Of a stretch of 64,000 bases of DNA, positions 13,998 to 28,100 are shown piece after piece. A program made the position numbers and the translations under genes. A model generated the notes under the pieces. The model was not told the origin of the DNA. It searched no databases and saw only the letters and a list, made by a program, of their open reading frames with translations. Numbering within the stretch: position 1 is the first letter of the stretch; each line of letters opens with the position of its first letter. The stretch lies in assembly GCF_018977255.1 (NCBI RefSeq), contig NW_024704743.1, positions 53,632,001 through 53,696,000 on the forward strand. Direction: 5' to 3'. The DNA is from Callorhinchus milii (taxonomy: Eukaryota).

Positions 13998-14316
13998 AAT
14001 AATAATAATAATCCTTGGATTTGATATAGCGCTTTTCACGTCGGGAGGACGTCCCAAAGCGCTTCACAGAATACACTGTAAAGTGAATTGACTGTATATT
14101 TGTGGGCGAACGCGGCAGCCAATTGCGCACAGCAATGTCTCACAAACAGTCGTAGATTGAAAATGACCAATTTTTTTATTATTGTTTTTGGTTTTGGAGG
14201 GATTATTATTAAGCGTGTGGAGTAAGGAAACTTGCCCAAGGTTTCTCCCTGCCTGGAATTGAACTCAGGTCTCTCGCTTGCAAAGCGAGTGCTCTAACTA
14301 CTGAGCTACAGGACTC
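13998..14316 (-). mobile_element. tRNA-derived SINE
   Basis: Full copy, inserted into an unclassified repeat. Confidence 0.85.
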
Positions 14317-15559
14317 ATGCATGGATGCATGAAATCTCAGTTTGGTTTGGATACTCTTAAGCATGATGATGGGTTTCCACATGTGTCAGATACCTGGCTG
14401 ACCAAAAAAAAAAATATCTGTTTCCAAGACCACTGCCCTTGCATGAAGGGTACCAAATGAATGCAAGTTGTTTTTTAAATGACACACACTAAAATGCATG
14501 ACACATAAGAAAACGTCTGCACTTTGCAGTTTTGCAACATGAAACCAATGAACAGGAATAAGGCTGAAATGCTCACTCTCTCATTTAGAAACATTTAAAA
14601 GTGATTTGAAGTGAGCTAATATTGAGTATTGCACCATTTCTCTCCCCCACCCTCCCATCAATTCCTCATTGTTGTATACTTTCTTCTCAAAGAAGCATGT
14701 AATGAATGTACAATCAGGACTGTGAAAAAGTTGAGATTTTTTTAAAAGGTTGCCACCACAGCTTGATGGAACTTCATCCCACGGTCCCTTCGCCTCGCTT
14801 CCTCCCTTGCCTCCTTCAAGGCCGGACTCAAGACCCTTCTCTTTGACCGTGCCTTTGGTTGCCCTCCCACCTCTCTGCCTTCCCTCACCCCTACACCACC
14901 CCTCCCCCATGCTCGGGCCCCGATAGCTGACTGTTCAGCGCTTTGGGACATCCTCCTGATGTGAAATGCGCTCTATAAATGTAATTTTGTTGTTGTTGTT
15001 AAAGTTGTGGTTTTGTTGCAGTCAGTTCAAGTTCATGTACCTAAAGTGACTGAGGGCTCCCATTGGACCATCCTACTGACAGATGGATGGTCGAATGAGA
15101 GTGCAGGATGGGTTGATGGACCGGTGGATGGTCCAATGGGAGCACGTATTCACTAGTCAATAAAAGTTGTGGTAACTATAAAAGTTGTGGTGTGTGTCAA
15201 AGGGTTGCAATTTTTTTTTTTTTAACACACACAGCCCTAATAATTGGTGATATCTTTCTGTAAGTTCCTGAAGGAGTTCTCAATACTTGAGACAATTTTG
15301 AAATCAAACAAAGCCAAGATTCCCTGATCTGGTACTGAAAGGCTGGGGATTGCAATAAGTTCAAAGATATTATTGGCTGACTCAATGGCTGCAAAAAAGG
15401 GGCTTTCAGATTGGGGATGAGGAGTGGTGTTCACTCACGGCAATCATTAACTGGGACATTGGCAATACAATACAATTCACATCATTTCAGGAGATCGCTC
15501 CAAAGCACATTTAGAGTGCTGGGTAAGCATCCGAACTGGAGGTGGGATCTAAGTGAGGT

Positions 15560-15994
15560 CGGAGGGGAAAGATGCTGTGTGAAGATGATGCGTCTTGAAA
15601 GAAAGGAGGACATAAGCGAGTCACATAGAGTGGAGTTCCAGAGAGCGGGGGCAGAATGATTGAAAGCTGCCTGACAAAGGTGGGACAGATAGGGCGGGGG
15701 ACATGAAACAGGCTGGTGTTCACTGAGCAAAGGGAACTGCTGGATTGGTAAGATCAAAGGAAGTCTCAAAAGTAGAGTGTGGCAAGACCAAGGAGGAGCT
15801 TAAAGATGAGAACAAGATCTTGAATTTGTTCTGCTGGGGGACGGGGAGCCAATGGAGCCGAGTGAGGATGGGGGTTGTCGGCTCACAGAGCCTGGTAGGG
15901 GAGAGGACATGGCCTGCACAATCTGGATGATCAGCAGCTTGTGTAAGGAAGAGCTCGGGAGTCTGGCAAGCAAGAGTGTTGGGGTAATCAAGCC

Positions 15995-16030
<36 letters not shown>

Positions 16031-16800
16031 CCTTGCATTTGATATAGCGCTTTTCACGTCAGGAGGACGTCCCAAAGCGCTTCACAGAACACACTGTAAA
16101 GTGAATTGACTGTATATTTGTGGGCGAACGCGGCAGCCAATTGCGCACTTTATAAGTGATAAAGGCATCAATGAGGGTCTCAGCAGTCCAAGGGGGAGGT
16201 AGTGGTGGAGGTGGGCAGTATTTTGGAGATGGGGAAAAGCTGAGAAGGTCACAGCATAGATCCGGGTTTGAAAGGTAGTTGGAAGTAAAATAAGACTCCA
16301 AGGTTCTGCATCAGCTCCACGAGATGGAGTGTGCATCCACTTAGATTGATGCTGTCAGCGCCTGAGGTGAGAAGGTGCTGATGGGAGCCAAGCAGGGGAC
16401 CCTCTGTCTTGCCAACAATCAAATGATGAAAGTCTCATCCAGGAACACTGCTATTCTGACAGGCAGTCGATCAGGACAGCAGTGGTCCTGGAGTCAAGGG
16501 TGGAGGCAGAGGTAGAGTTGGGTGTCATTTGCATATATGCGAAAGTGAACACCATGTCTGAGAATGATGTTGTAGAGTGGGAGCATATAGATTGTGGAAG
16601 AAAGGACTGGGGCTAGAGCGTTGAAGAAAACTGCACGTGACTGTGCAGGGTGGAAGGATAAGCCTTTTAAAGAGACAAAGTGGAGACAGTGGGCTACGTA
16701 AGAGTGAAACAGTATAGGACAGAACCGGGAAGGTGGAACAGACAGGTGAGGTGGTGAAGGATAGTGTCAAAGGCTACAGAGAGACCGAGGAGAACAGCAG
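15560..16800 (-). mobile_element. Degenerate L2 LINE fragment interrupted by a SINE 3' fragment (~15997-16148)
   Basis: Reverse complement resembles the L2 3' region seen at 1-970 and 47810-48470. Confidence 0.6.
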
Positions 16801-18127
16801 GAACAAAATGTCACATACACAACTGTCACCCTATTTAGGATAATAATAGTAACTACTGGGAAAAGTGGTGACAATGTTAAGTGAAACAACACAACTACAG
16901 TGGGTCTCAACATTGCTGTCTTAAGCAGGTTTTCTCCCTTCTATATTTGTGATATTTTGCATCAGTGGCAATGAATGCACTTTTAATATTCAAATCACTG
17001 TGGACAGTGGCTTAATGCTGTTTGATCTGGGCATCTTAGAGAGAAGTCCCTTATAGTAATAAGTAGAGGCTGGAAAGTCCCAGTTGGATTAGGCTACAAG
17101 GGAAATATTATTATTAAATCTCTCTTGTATCTTCAATCTGATGTTGATAATCAGTTATTGGGGTTGAAATGAAAACTGCACTACGTCATGTGTTAATTAT
17201 CCTTGATGTTGTCACAATTGGCTGTCGCGTTCGCCCACAAATATACACAATTCACTTTACAGTGTGTTCTGTGAAAAGCGCTAGATCAAATGCAAGGATT
17301 ATTATTATTATTATTATAAACCACACTGGAGCCAGCTGTTAAGTGCACCTTGAGGAGTCTTAGCTCACTTCACAGGGGAGAAGCAGATCAAATGCTAACT
17401 GCTTTATCCCTTCAAAGCTAGGTTCGAGGATTCTGCCCTGTTCAATGAAGAATTAAAGCAGACATAACAAATACAAAATAAACACTGTGAGTGAATTATA
17501 TTGGCAGACAATCACTGACTGCAGCACAAGCTGAGTTCAAGGAATGGAATCATGTAAAGTTACATGAGTCAACTACAATTCGATTTCTCTCCCTTCAGTT
17601 GATTCTTATTCAAAGTTAAATATTTTGGTCACAAGATTGGTTTGGAGGAAGAAGGCCCTTTGGCCTATTTGATCTCATCCTTCTAGAATCCTTAATCTTC
17701 CATCTACCCATTAGGGTCTTAATGTTTTTTAATGAGTCCAGTATTCTGGCCTTCACCACTCTTCCTGACAACCTGTTCCAGTCATAAATTATCCTGGATA
17801 ACGAAATACTTCCTAGTATCTGTCCTGAAATTGTCCTTTGCAAATCTACACCTGTGTCCCCTTGTTCTACTGCCTTGAAACTTTCAAAGGTATTGTTCTA
17901 GGTTTACTTTTTCAATACCATTTAAAAAATTATGATGTTTCCTTTCAAGACTGAAGAGCCCTTGCTTGTTTAATTGATACTCATGGCTCATTTCCTCCAA
18001 CACTGGGGATCATCCTCGTTGCTCTTCTCTACACTGCTTCTAGTCGGCAGGTATCTTATATTGCGACAACCAGAACTGTATGAAGTACTCTAGGTGTGGC
18101 CTGACCAGAGCATTAAAGACAGTAACG

Positions 18128-18479
18128 TGTCCTGTAGGGAGATGGTTAGCAAGCAAGAAGCACCCAGATCGATTCCCAGCCGGGGTGAAACGTCAGGCAA
18201 GTTTCCTTACTCCATACATCTCTGTTTACCTAGCAGTAAGTTGGAACCCAGTTTTTAGTCGATCGGCAGATCGCTTTCTGGGGGTAATAATCCCTAAAAA
18301 TAACATTTAGTCTTTCAATCCACGACTGTTTGTCAGACACTGATGTGCGCAATTGGCTGCTGCGTTTCACCCACAAAATACAGTCAATCCACTTTACAAT
18401 ATATTCTATGAAGCGCTTTGAGATGTCTCAAAGATGTGATAAGCTGTATCAACTGCAAGGATTACTATTATTATTATTA
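18128..18479 (+). mobile_element. tRNA-derived SINE, longer variant
   Basis: Degenerate head, extra internal TGTTTACCTAGCAGTAA segment, (TTA)n tail. Confidence 0.7.
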
Positions 18480-19959
18480 GCTTGAGCGTGACTTCCGGGG
18501 ACCTGAACTTAACTGAACCGATTTGGCAAAAAAGTCCAGCATTCTGTTTGCCTTGTTTATTCCTGCCTCACACTGGTTTAACATGGTGAGCGATGAGTCA
18601 ACTAACTCCTCTAGATCGCTGGGTTACTACACAACAGTCACTACATTTTATAGTATATCCTATAAAGTCAACCCATGATTGTTTACCTAGTTATTTTCTG
18701 CATTATTTTGCAGAGCTCATTCTCTACCAGCGTAGGAAGGGAATTATTTGATGACTGGATATGAATGGATGTAGTGAGATAAAGTGTTTGTAATGACTGT
18801 GTGACACATTGACACAATTGATAAAACATGGCACAGTGCCTGAATGGATGTCACCCAATCTACAGGAGTTGATTAAACAAGCAACAACGTCTCCCAGTGA
18901 GGAAGAAATGCAATGGATTTTGGCAAAGTAACTTGCACCAAAATAACCTCTTCTCTTGGTTGCTAAATACGTCAGGGACCATACAGATTTAGTCATTTGT
19001 CAAATTGTGAATTCTAATCATGCATTGAACTCCCCCCACACTCCTCCCCCCTGTGATAGCCCCCTTATCAGAAATCATGAAGGCTCTTGCACACACAACC
19101 CTTAGCATAAAACTGAAGCTTGAAACAGACAGTTTCATAGGCACATAGGATTAGGTCATTCAGCCCCCTGAGCCTGTTCCACCCTCCTATAAGATCATGG
19201 CTGATCATTAGCTGAACATACCCGCCTTTGCCCCATGTCCCTTGATACCCTAACCTAACAGAAATCTATCTACCTCAGTCTTGAAAATTTGAGAATGGAT
19301 ATCTGGCTTCCACAGCCTTTTGGGTGAGAGAGTTCCAGATTTCCAATACCCTTTGTGTGAAATAATGCATCCTGATTTCACTCCTAAGTGGCTTTTTTTA
19401 ATTTTTAATTTTGTTTCACCCACAAAATGCGGTCAATCCACTTTGTAGTGTGTTCTGTGAAGCACTTTGATACATCTCAATGACGTGATAAGGCTATGTC
19501 AAATGCAAGGATTATTACTATTATTACTTCTACCCTTAATTCCAGGGTAGGATGTTTGGACTGCCAATGTGCCAGACATCAAGTCCTATTGATCATTAAC
19601 CTTATGCAGCTCAATGTGGAAAATGTGGAAGCCTGAGCTTCCATCATTGCCTCCTTGCTTCTGAATTATTGCTTTTTTCGCATCTCTCCTGGTCTCTCTT
19701 GCTCCAACTCACTCCAACTTACTGATTACTAAATATAGCAATCTTTTTGTTACGTCTTTATAATGGGAATGGGAATTTACCATCCACAAACTCCATCTCA
19801 TCCAAAACATGTCCTTCCACACCCTTACCTGTGCAAAGCTTCATATGCTCAGGTCTTTGCCAGCTACTGCTGTTGAGTGCTACATCTGCTTGGCTGCATC
19901 ATCCACCACTGCTCCTGCACTCCCATGACTCTTACACCCCACCCAAACCATCCACACCG

Positions 19960-21025
19960 CCTTCTCCCTCTGCCATGGCTCCTGCCATTCCCCTCTTCTT
20001 ACACTCCTTTGCCGCCCGCATGAAGTTCACTACCTGCTACCCTGACCCCCTCCACACCCAGCTGCTGGTCACTCAACTCCCCCTCTTCTCCCCACTGCTG
20101 GCCGACACAGTCAACCAGTCTCTCTCCTCAGGCTTTGTTCCACTCCCCCTGAAAACCGCTGTCATCACACTCCTCCTTAAAAAAAACCACCCTCGATCCC
20201 TCTAATCTCTCACAGTGCCATCCCATGTCCAACCTACCCTTCCTTGCCAAAGTCCTGGAAAACATTATTGCAGGTCAACTTCGGTCAAACCCCTCCCTCT
20301 ACTGCATCCTCGAGGCCCTACAATCTGGTTTTCGCTCTGCCCATAGCACAAAGACAGTACTTGTCAAAGTCACAAACGACATTCTCTCTATCTGTGACCA
20401 GGGCTCCCTCTGCCTCCTCATCCTCCTGGATCTCTCTGCCGCATTCGACACAGTCGACCACACCATCCTCCTCCATCAGCTCTCCTCCCTCATCTACCTT
20501 ATACTGCACTTGCATGGTTCGAGTCCTGCTTAACCAACTGTCTCCGGTTCATCTCAGCAAATGGTTTCTCCACCCACGCCTCCCGGTCACTTGCGGGGGA
20601 CCCCAGGACTCTATCCTTGTCCCTCTTCTTTTCCTTATCTATATGCTCCCTCTGGGCGATATCATCCGCAGACATTGGGTAAACTTCCACATGTATGCGG
20701 ATGACACACAAATTTACTTTGCCTTCTCCAGTACCAATTCCAGGTCTGCTGATGTTCTATCATCTTGTCTGGCAGACATCAAGGCCTGGATGAGTGTAAA
20801 CTTCCTGCAGCTGAATATGGACAAGATGGAAGTCATACTCCTTGGCTCCTGTTAATGTTTTCACTCCTGCGGATTTAAAGTCGTCAACCTTCCTAGGCTC
20901 TCCCTCAGACTCACCAAACGAGTGCACAACCTAGGCATCCAGTTCAACTACCAACTATCCTTCCTCCCCCTGACCAGGACCACTTTCTTCCATCTCTGCC
21001 ACATTGCCCGCCTCTGACCGTACCT
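19960..21025 (+). mobile_element. Degenerate L2 LINE RT fragment (outer element of nested insertion)
   Basis: SNLPFLAKVLE, QSGFRSAHSTKT, LLDLSAAFDTVDH, YADDTQIY; its 3' part appears to resume at ~25105-25355 and ends in a (TTG)n tail. Confidence 0.85.
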
Positions 21026-21029
21026 AAGG

Positions 21030-21239
21030 CGAGTATATCCTTTCTTAGATAAGGAGACCAAAACTGTACACAATATTCTAGGCACAGTCTCACCAGGGCC
21101 CTATACAATTACAGTAAGACTTCCTTACTCTTGTACTCTAAACCCTTTGCAATAAACACTAACAAGCTATTAGCCTTTTGAATTGCTTGCTGTACCTGCA
21201 TACTAACTTTCTGTGATTGGTGTACAAGGACATCTAAAT
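21030..21239 (-). mobile_element. CR1 LINE fragment, left half of interrupted minus-strand copy
   Basis: Reverse complement is similar to the CR1 ORF2 segment at 23650-23860 and is contiguous with 24364 onward. Confidence 0.75.
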
Positions 21240-24200
21240 GGCTCCACTTAAATCGGGCTGGGACAAATGTCTTAGCAAACCGAATAGATAGGGAGGTAAA
21301 TAAGGCTTTAAACTAGTAAAGGGTGGATACAATTAGAAATAATTGCAAGCCAGCAGTATTAAGAAAACTAAAGGTGGCAGAACAGAATAGCGAGAGAGAT
21401 AAACAGAATAGGTCAAAGAGGGGTAAGAAGCTCAGTAAAGAAGATAGGGCATCAGAGAGTAGGGGAAATGGTAAGAAATTAAAATCCCTATATCTGAATG
21501 CATGAAGCATTTGGAATAAGGTAGATGAATTAAAGGCACAGATAGATACAAATAGGTAGGATCTATTAGCCATTACTGAGACATGGTTATGGGAGGTCAA
21601 GGGTGGGAGTTAAATATTCCAGGGTTTTCAGCTTGTATTATGGGAAGGATAGACAATGTGGAAAACAAGGTGGGGGTGTAGCCTTGTTAATAAAGGATGG
21701 AATAAAAGCAGTAGAGAGGAAAGATTTCAAATCAGATAACCAGGATGTAGAGACGGTATGGGTAGAATTACGAAATAACAAGGGGCAGAAAACATTAGTG
21801 GGAGTAGTTTATAGACTCCCAAACAGTGATCACAGCATAGCGCAGGGTATTAATCAAGAAATTAGAGGAGCGTGTAGCAAAGGTAATAGTGGGTGATTTC
21901 AATCTTCACATAGATTGGGAAAACCAAATCGGCAAAAGTAGGGTAGAGGAGGAGTTTATAGAGTGTATGAGAGATAGCTTTCTGGAGCAGTACGCTGAGG
22001 AACCAACTAGGGGACAGGCCATCCTAGACCTTTCTTTTGTGTAATGAAACAGGGCTAGTTGGTAATATAGATATTAAGATTCCTCTAGGACAGAGTGATC
22101 ATAACATGATAGAATTTAGCATTACGTTGGAGAGTCATGTAGTCAAATCCGAAGCAAGGGTCTTAAATTTAAATAAAGCTAACTTTGCAGGTACGAGGGA
22201 AGAATTAGCTGAAATAGACTGGGGAATTAGATTAATGGATATGACAATAGATCAACAATGGAAAACGTTTAAAGATATAGTGCAAAATTCTCAGTGGTCA
22301 CATATTCCCTTGAGGAATAAGAGTACCACAGGGAAAGCAGTTCATCCGTGGCTAACTAGAGCAGTTAGAGAAAGTATAAAACTAAAAGAAAAGGCCTATA
22401 AAACTGCCAAAAAGAGTAGCAAACCTGAGGACTGGGAGTGTTTTAGGGACCAACAAAGGAAAACCAAAAAGCTCATTAAGAGTGAGAAAATGGATTATGA
22501 GGGCAAGCTAGCTAGGAACATTAAGACAGATTGTAAGAGTTTTTATAAATACATTAAGAGGAATAGGCTAGCAAAAGTAAATGTGGGTCCATTACAGGCA
22601 GAGACAGGAGGAATTATAATGGGAATAAGGATATGGCAGAGTCCCTAAATAAATACTTTGCTTCTGTCTTCACGTTAGAAGACACAAGAAGTTTACCAGA
22701 AATAGAGATGAACCAAGAGGCTAATGATAGGGAGAAACTTAGGGAAATTTACATTAACAAAGAATTGGTGCTAGGGAAATTGTTGGCACTAAAAAGTGAC
22801 AAGTCCCCTGGACCTGATGGTCTGCATCCTAGGATTTTAAAAGAGTAGCTCATGTGATAGTGGAGGCCTTGTTTCTGATCTTCCAAAATTCTTTGGATTC
22901 TGGAATGATTCCCATTGATTGGAAGATCGCAAACGTCACACCACTATTTAAGAAGGGTGGGAGAGAAAAAATGACTGTAGACCAGTCAGTCTGACATCGG
23001 TGGTAGGGAAAATTCTAGAATCCTTAATTAAGATACTTAGAGGATCACAATATGATCAGACAGAGTCAACGTGGCTTTACAAAAGGGAAGTCATGCTCAA
23101 CAAATCTTTTAGATTTTTTTGAGGACATATCAAGTAGATTGGATGGGGGGGAATCAGTGGATGTAGTGTATTTCGATTTCCAAAAGGCATTCGATAAAGT
23201 GCCGCATAAAAGGTTGATCCACAAGATTAGGGCCCATGGAATTAAGGGGAATATATTAGCATGGATTGAAGAATGGCTAACGGGAAGAAAACAAAGAGTA
23301 GGGATGAACTGGTCCTTCTCAGATTGGTGGGATGTGACTAGTGGAGTGCCACAAGGATCAGTGCTTGGGCCTCAACTATTTACAATCTACATCAACGATC
23401 TAGATGAGGACATTGAACTTAATATATCCAAATTCGCGGATGACACTAAACTAGGAGGGAGAGTAAACACCGTGGATGACATTTAAAAAAATGCAACGAG
23501 ATATAGATAGGCCAGGTGAGTGGGCAAGTAGGTGGCAGATGAAGTATAATGCAGGGAAGTGTGAAATCATCCACCTAGGTGACAAAAACAGTAGAGCAGA
23601 TTATTCTTTAGAAAGTGAGAGACTGGATAGTGTTAGCGTTCAAAGGAACTTGGGTGTCCTTGTACACCAGTCACAAAAAGTTAGTTTGCAGGTACAGCAA
23701 GCAATTAGGAAAGCTAACGGTATGTTGGCATTTGTTACAAAAGGGTTAGAATATAAGAGTAGGGAAGTCTTGCTGCATCTGTATAGGACCCTGGTGAGAC
23801 CGCACCGAGAGTACTGTGTGCAGTTTTGGTCTCCTTATTTAAGAAAGGATGTACTCGCTTTGGAGGGGGTATAACGTAGATTCACTAGGTTGGTACCAGG
23901 GATGAGGGGGATGAGGTATGAGGATAGGTTGAGCAATATAGGCCTATATTCTCTAGGATATAGAAGAATATAGAAACCTATAAGATTATTAAGGGGCACG
24001 ACAGAATAGATAGTGGGAGCCTTTTTCCCCTGGTTGGAGAAACTATAACCGGGGTCACAGTCTTAAAATTTGGGGTAAGCCCTTTCGCACTGAGTTGAGG
24101 AAAAACTTCTTCACTCAGAGGGTAGTGAACTTATGGAATTCTCTACCCCAAAGGGCTGTAGATGCTCAGTCCTTGAACATATTCAAGACTGAGATTGATA

Positions 24201-24360
24201 GATTTCTTGTTGATAAAAGGATTAAGGGATATGGGGATAAGGCGGGTAGGTAGAGTTAGAATAGATCAGATATGATCTTATTGAATGGCGGGGCAGGCTA
24301 GAGGGACCGAATGGCCTACTCCTGCTCTTAATTCTTATGTTCTTGTGTTCTATGTTCTTA
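21240..24360 (+). mobile_element. CR1 LINE, near-complete degenerate ORF2 (endonuclease + RT) with 3' tail
   Basis: [64 protein letters not shown]; multiple stops and frameshifts; TTCTTATG-like tail at 24331-24360. Confidence 0.92.
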
Positions 24361-24363
24361 AAT

Positions 24364-25100
24364 CCCTCTGAATACTAACACTACCTAGTCTCGCCCCCTG
24401 TAGAAAATAATCTGCTTTTCTGTTTCTTCTACCTCGGTGAATAACTTCACACTTCCCCACATTATACTCCATCTGCCACCTTTTTGCTCATTCACTTAAC
24501 CTGTCTATATCACTTTGCATCCTCCTTGTGTTCTCCTCACAGCTTACTTTCCCACCTAACTTTCTATCATCTGTGAATTTAGATACATTAAGCTCTATTC
24601 CCTCATCTAAGTTATTGATATAGACTGTAAACAGTTGAGGCCCAAGCACTGATCCTTGAGACACTCCACTGGTTACAACCTGCCAACCTGAGAAGAACCT
24701 GTTTATCCCTACTCCCTGTTTTCTGCCTGTTAACCATTCATTGATCCATGCTAATATATTACCCTTAATTCCATGAGCCGTAATCTTATGTAACAAGCTT
24801 TTATGTGGCACCTTCTTGAATGCCTTCTGAAAATCCAAGCACACTATATCTACTGGATCCCCCTATCTAACCTGCTAGTTACATCTTCAAAAGACTCTAA
24901 AAGATTTGTTAAACATGATTAGCCTTTCATAAAACCCAGAGTGTTGACACTGCCTAATCGTATTATGATTTTCTAAGTCTCACGATGACATTCCTAATTA
25001 TAGACTCTAGAATTTTCCCCACCACCAATGTCAGGCTAATTGGTTTATAGTTCCCCATTTTATCTCTCCCGCCCTTCTTAAATAACGGCATTATGTTTCC
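24364..25100 (-). mobile_element. CR1 LINE RT fragment, right half of interrupted minus-strand copy
   Basis: ORF 24488-24844: [33 protein letters not shown]. Confidence 0.85.
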
Positions 25101-28100
25101 AATCAACGCTCTCCATGGCCTTGATCCCCCTACATCTGCGAACTCCTAATCCCCTACCAACTTGCCCGCTCCTTCCTCTTAGCGGGCTCCGGGCTGCTTC
25201 ATGTTCCCCGCTTTGTCTGCCCCACCATTGGCCGGCGGGTCTTCAGCCACTATGTCCCGACTCCCAGCTTGGGTCTGAAAAGCTGATTCTCCAGCGCCTT
25301 CGGACATCCTCACAACATGAAAGGCGCGATACAAATGCAATTTTGTTGTTGTTGCCCAACATTTCACCTTGCCTGGGAATTGATCCCAGGTCCTCTCACT
25401 TGCGAAATGACTGCTCTAACTACTAAGCTACAGGACTTCCTGTTAAAGAACAAAGTGAAACTTTTCTTTCTATTTTTAAAATTATCGTTTCTAAAAATAA
25501 TTTGGTGTGAGAATTTTCTCAGACTGCAAATCATGTAACTTAAATGCGGCAGAATATATAGGGGAATTGTTCTGATGCAAGTTCCCATTAATTTCTGCTA
25601 GATTCTCCCCCCTGCTGAAACAGTGTATAAAAAGGGAATCCCCATTGTAAAAACATAACAAAACGATTGCTATTTTTAGATGGATGATAGATGGTCTGAC
25701 CATATCTTATTCTGTTAGTAGCCTGCGTGATTAAGGTTACCACTGCTAAGCATATCCACCACGGCTGACCATAGTCCCCTAGATAGTGCATCATTTCATT
25801 ACTCATTTAGGAGATGGCACCATATATCAGATTACTGTGCTCCTCCAGACTGCTTAGGACACCTTCTGATGCAGAAACCATGAAAGTATTGGAGTGCCCA
25901 ATGCATAACATGTGCTCAAGGTCCCAAGAGATAAAGGATAAAGGAAGCTCTCAACCTATTTGATCTTCTCTTTCCAAAATACCCATCCTCCTGCCCCATT
26001 ACATCATCAAGCTGTTTTTAAATAAATCCAGTCTCCTGGCCTGAACCACTCCTCCTGTTAACTTGCAAAGCTTCTATTTCTCGCAAGAAAAACTTCTTGG
26101 TATCCATAAATTGCGCTTTGCAGCTTTAAACTTACGTCCTCTTATTCTATTATTTTAATACATCCAAAAGTATTATTCTGGGTTGAGTTTTACAATCTTT
26201 TAATATTTTATATACTTCTAGATAGTCCTGAGATATCTCTTTTCAAGATTGAAGCACCCTGGCTTGTCTAATCGTTCCTCATTTTAGCTCATTGCTCTAA
26301 CACTGGGGATCATCTTGGTCGCTCTCCTCTGCACTGACTTTAGATCTGGGGCAGCACCCTTACACTGCAGTGACCAGAGTGAATGCAGTATTCTAGTTGC
26401 AGCCTAACTAGAGTGATTTATAGTTTGAGTATAATTTCTGGGAATCTGAAATCAACTGATATGGTAATGAATTCTAGAATTCTGTTTGCCTTGTATATTG
26501 CTTCCTCACACTGCTTTGACATAGTGAGCAATGAGTCCAAACAAACAGCCCTAGGTCTCTTTCAGCTTCCCCCTTGGCAAGTTCTATCCCATCTATGGAA
26601 TTCATGTGTTTCCTATTCTTATTTCCTATATGTAGAACCTTGCATTTATCTGTATTGAACTTAATTTGCCAGTCATCAACTGTTTGAAAGCAGTCTCTGC
26701 AATTTCATACTTCCCTACCTCATTGGCCACTATCTTGTGCCAGTCTGCTCCTGTCTAACCCACCACAACATCCCTCCAACACAATACTATCTCTCCAAGT
26801 GGTTTCAAAGGGTTTACCTACATGCTGAAATATTTGCTGAAGACAATATAACAAAGCTAAAAAGTAAAATAAATAATCTACAACAGATTAGGTATTGCTC
26901 ATAACTTTTATGATTGTCTATGAAACCTCTGGATCTTCATGTACATATTTCAGGGAGCACTGATATAATAATCTATTACCTTATTTAGAAGCATCGCAAA
27001 CAAAGTAACATTTTATTTGAATTACATTCAGAAACATCTGATCCACACATTTAAAGTTTCCATACATAAATTAGAAGGAAAGCTGAACCCAGCTGGGCAT
27101 CACAGCACTATCCACACTTTAAATAAGAATTGCCGATCCAAAATTCATCACTGTAATAGATACTATCCAGTAATATCTTATGTTCATTGAACTAAATAGC
27201 CTTAAAAAACTATCTGTTAGAACTTGTTGTAGCACTTGTCTGATATGGCACTGCACTTTGAACATAATCATTATAATAAAAACTTATAAATATTAATTGC
27301 ATGTCAGAAATTTTGATTGTCTTTAGAGAATGTTGTTTTCTTGGACACTAGTATCAATTTCAGCTGCACCCAGCTCCATTCCTTTTGACTCTGTTTTGTG
27401 GTGTTTGCTGTTTATGTAGGTGCAAACGAAAGAGGGCAGACTAACCTAGGGCAATAATAAAACACCGGGAATTGCTTTTAAATCACCAGTTCTTTTTCCA
27501 ATTAAAAAGTAAGATTTTAATCCCAAATGCAAAACGAACTACAATAATAAAACAGAAGATTTTACCAACAAACTGTTTTACAAAATAATACTTTTTCTTC
27601 ATGGTACCGAAACAAACAATTTCTGTAGTTGTGACCTCTTTCTTGTCTAGCCCAGCACCTCACTGGCCAACCCATTTTGATCTTAATGAGTCATTGAAGT
27701 TTGTTGGGGCTTCAAAAAACTTATTAAAGTACATGTGAGAAAGAACTTGGCCATTGACTTTGATTATCTTAACATTCAACATGTTCACACCCAAGTATGA
27801 CAAGCTTGAAGACAGTGTTCTATCAACCATGTTCCAGATGTCACAGAGTTCTTGCTGTTAATTGCTATATAGTTTTTGATACAAATAGTATCATGACTTT
27901 TGATTTTAAAATAAATGTCACAGCATATATTATAATACCACAAGCTAAAATGTTAAAAAAACAATGTTTTTATCAACCCACCAGGATAAAAGGAAATAAA
28001 TATACTATGCTCCATAGATATAACTTATTATTCTAATTCAGTAGAATCCACTAATAAATACCAGTGTAATCTATCATTACCATAAGTTTCAATGTACACG

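Noticed and set aside
21603..23874. Intact host gene or active retroelement ORF
   Set aside because: CR1 ORF2 broken by several stops and frameshifts.
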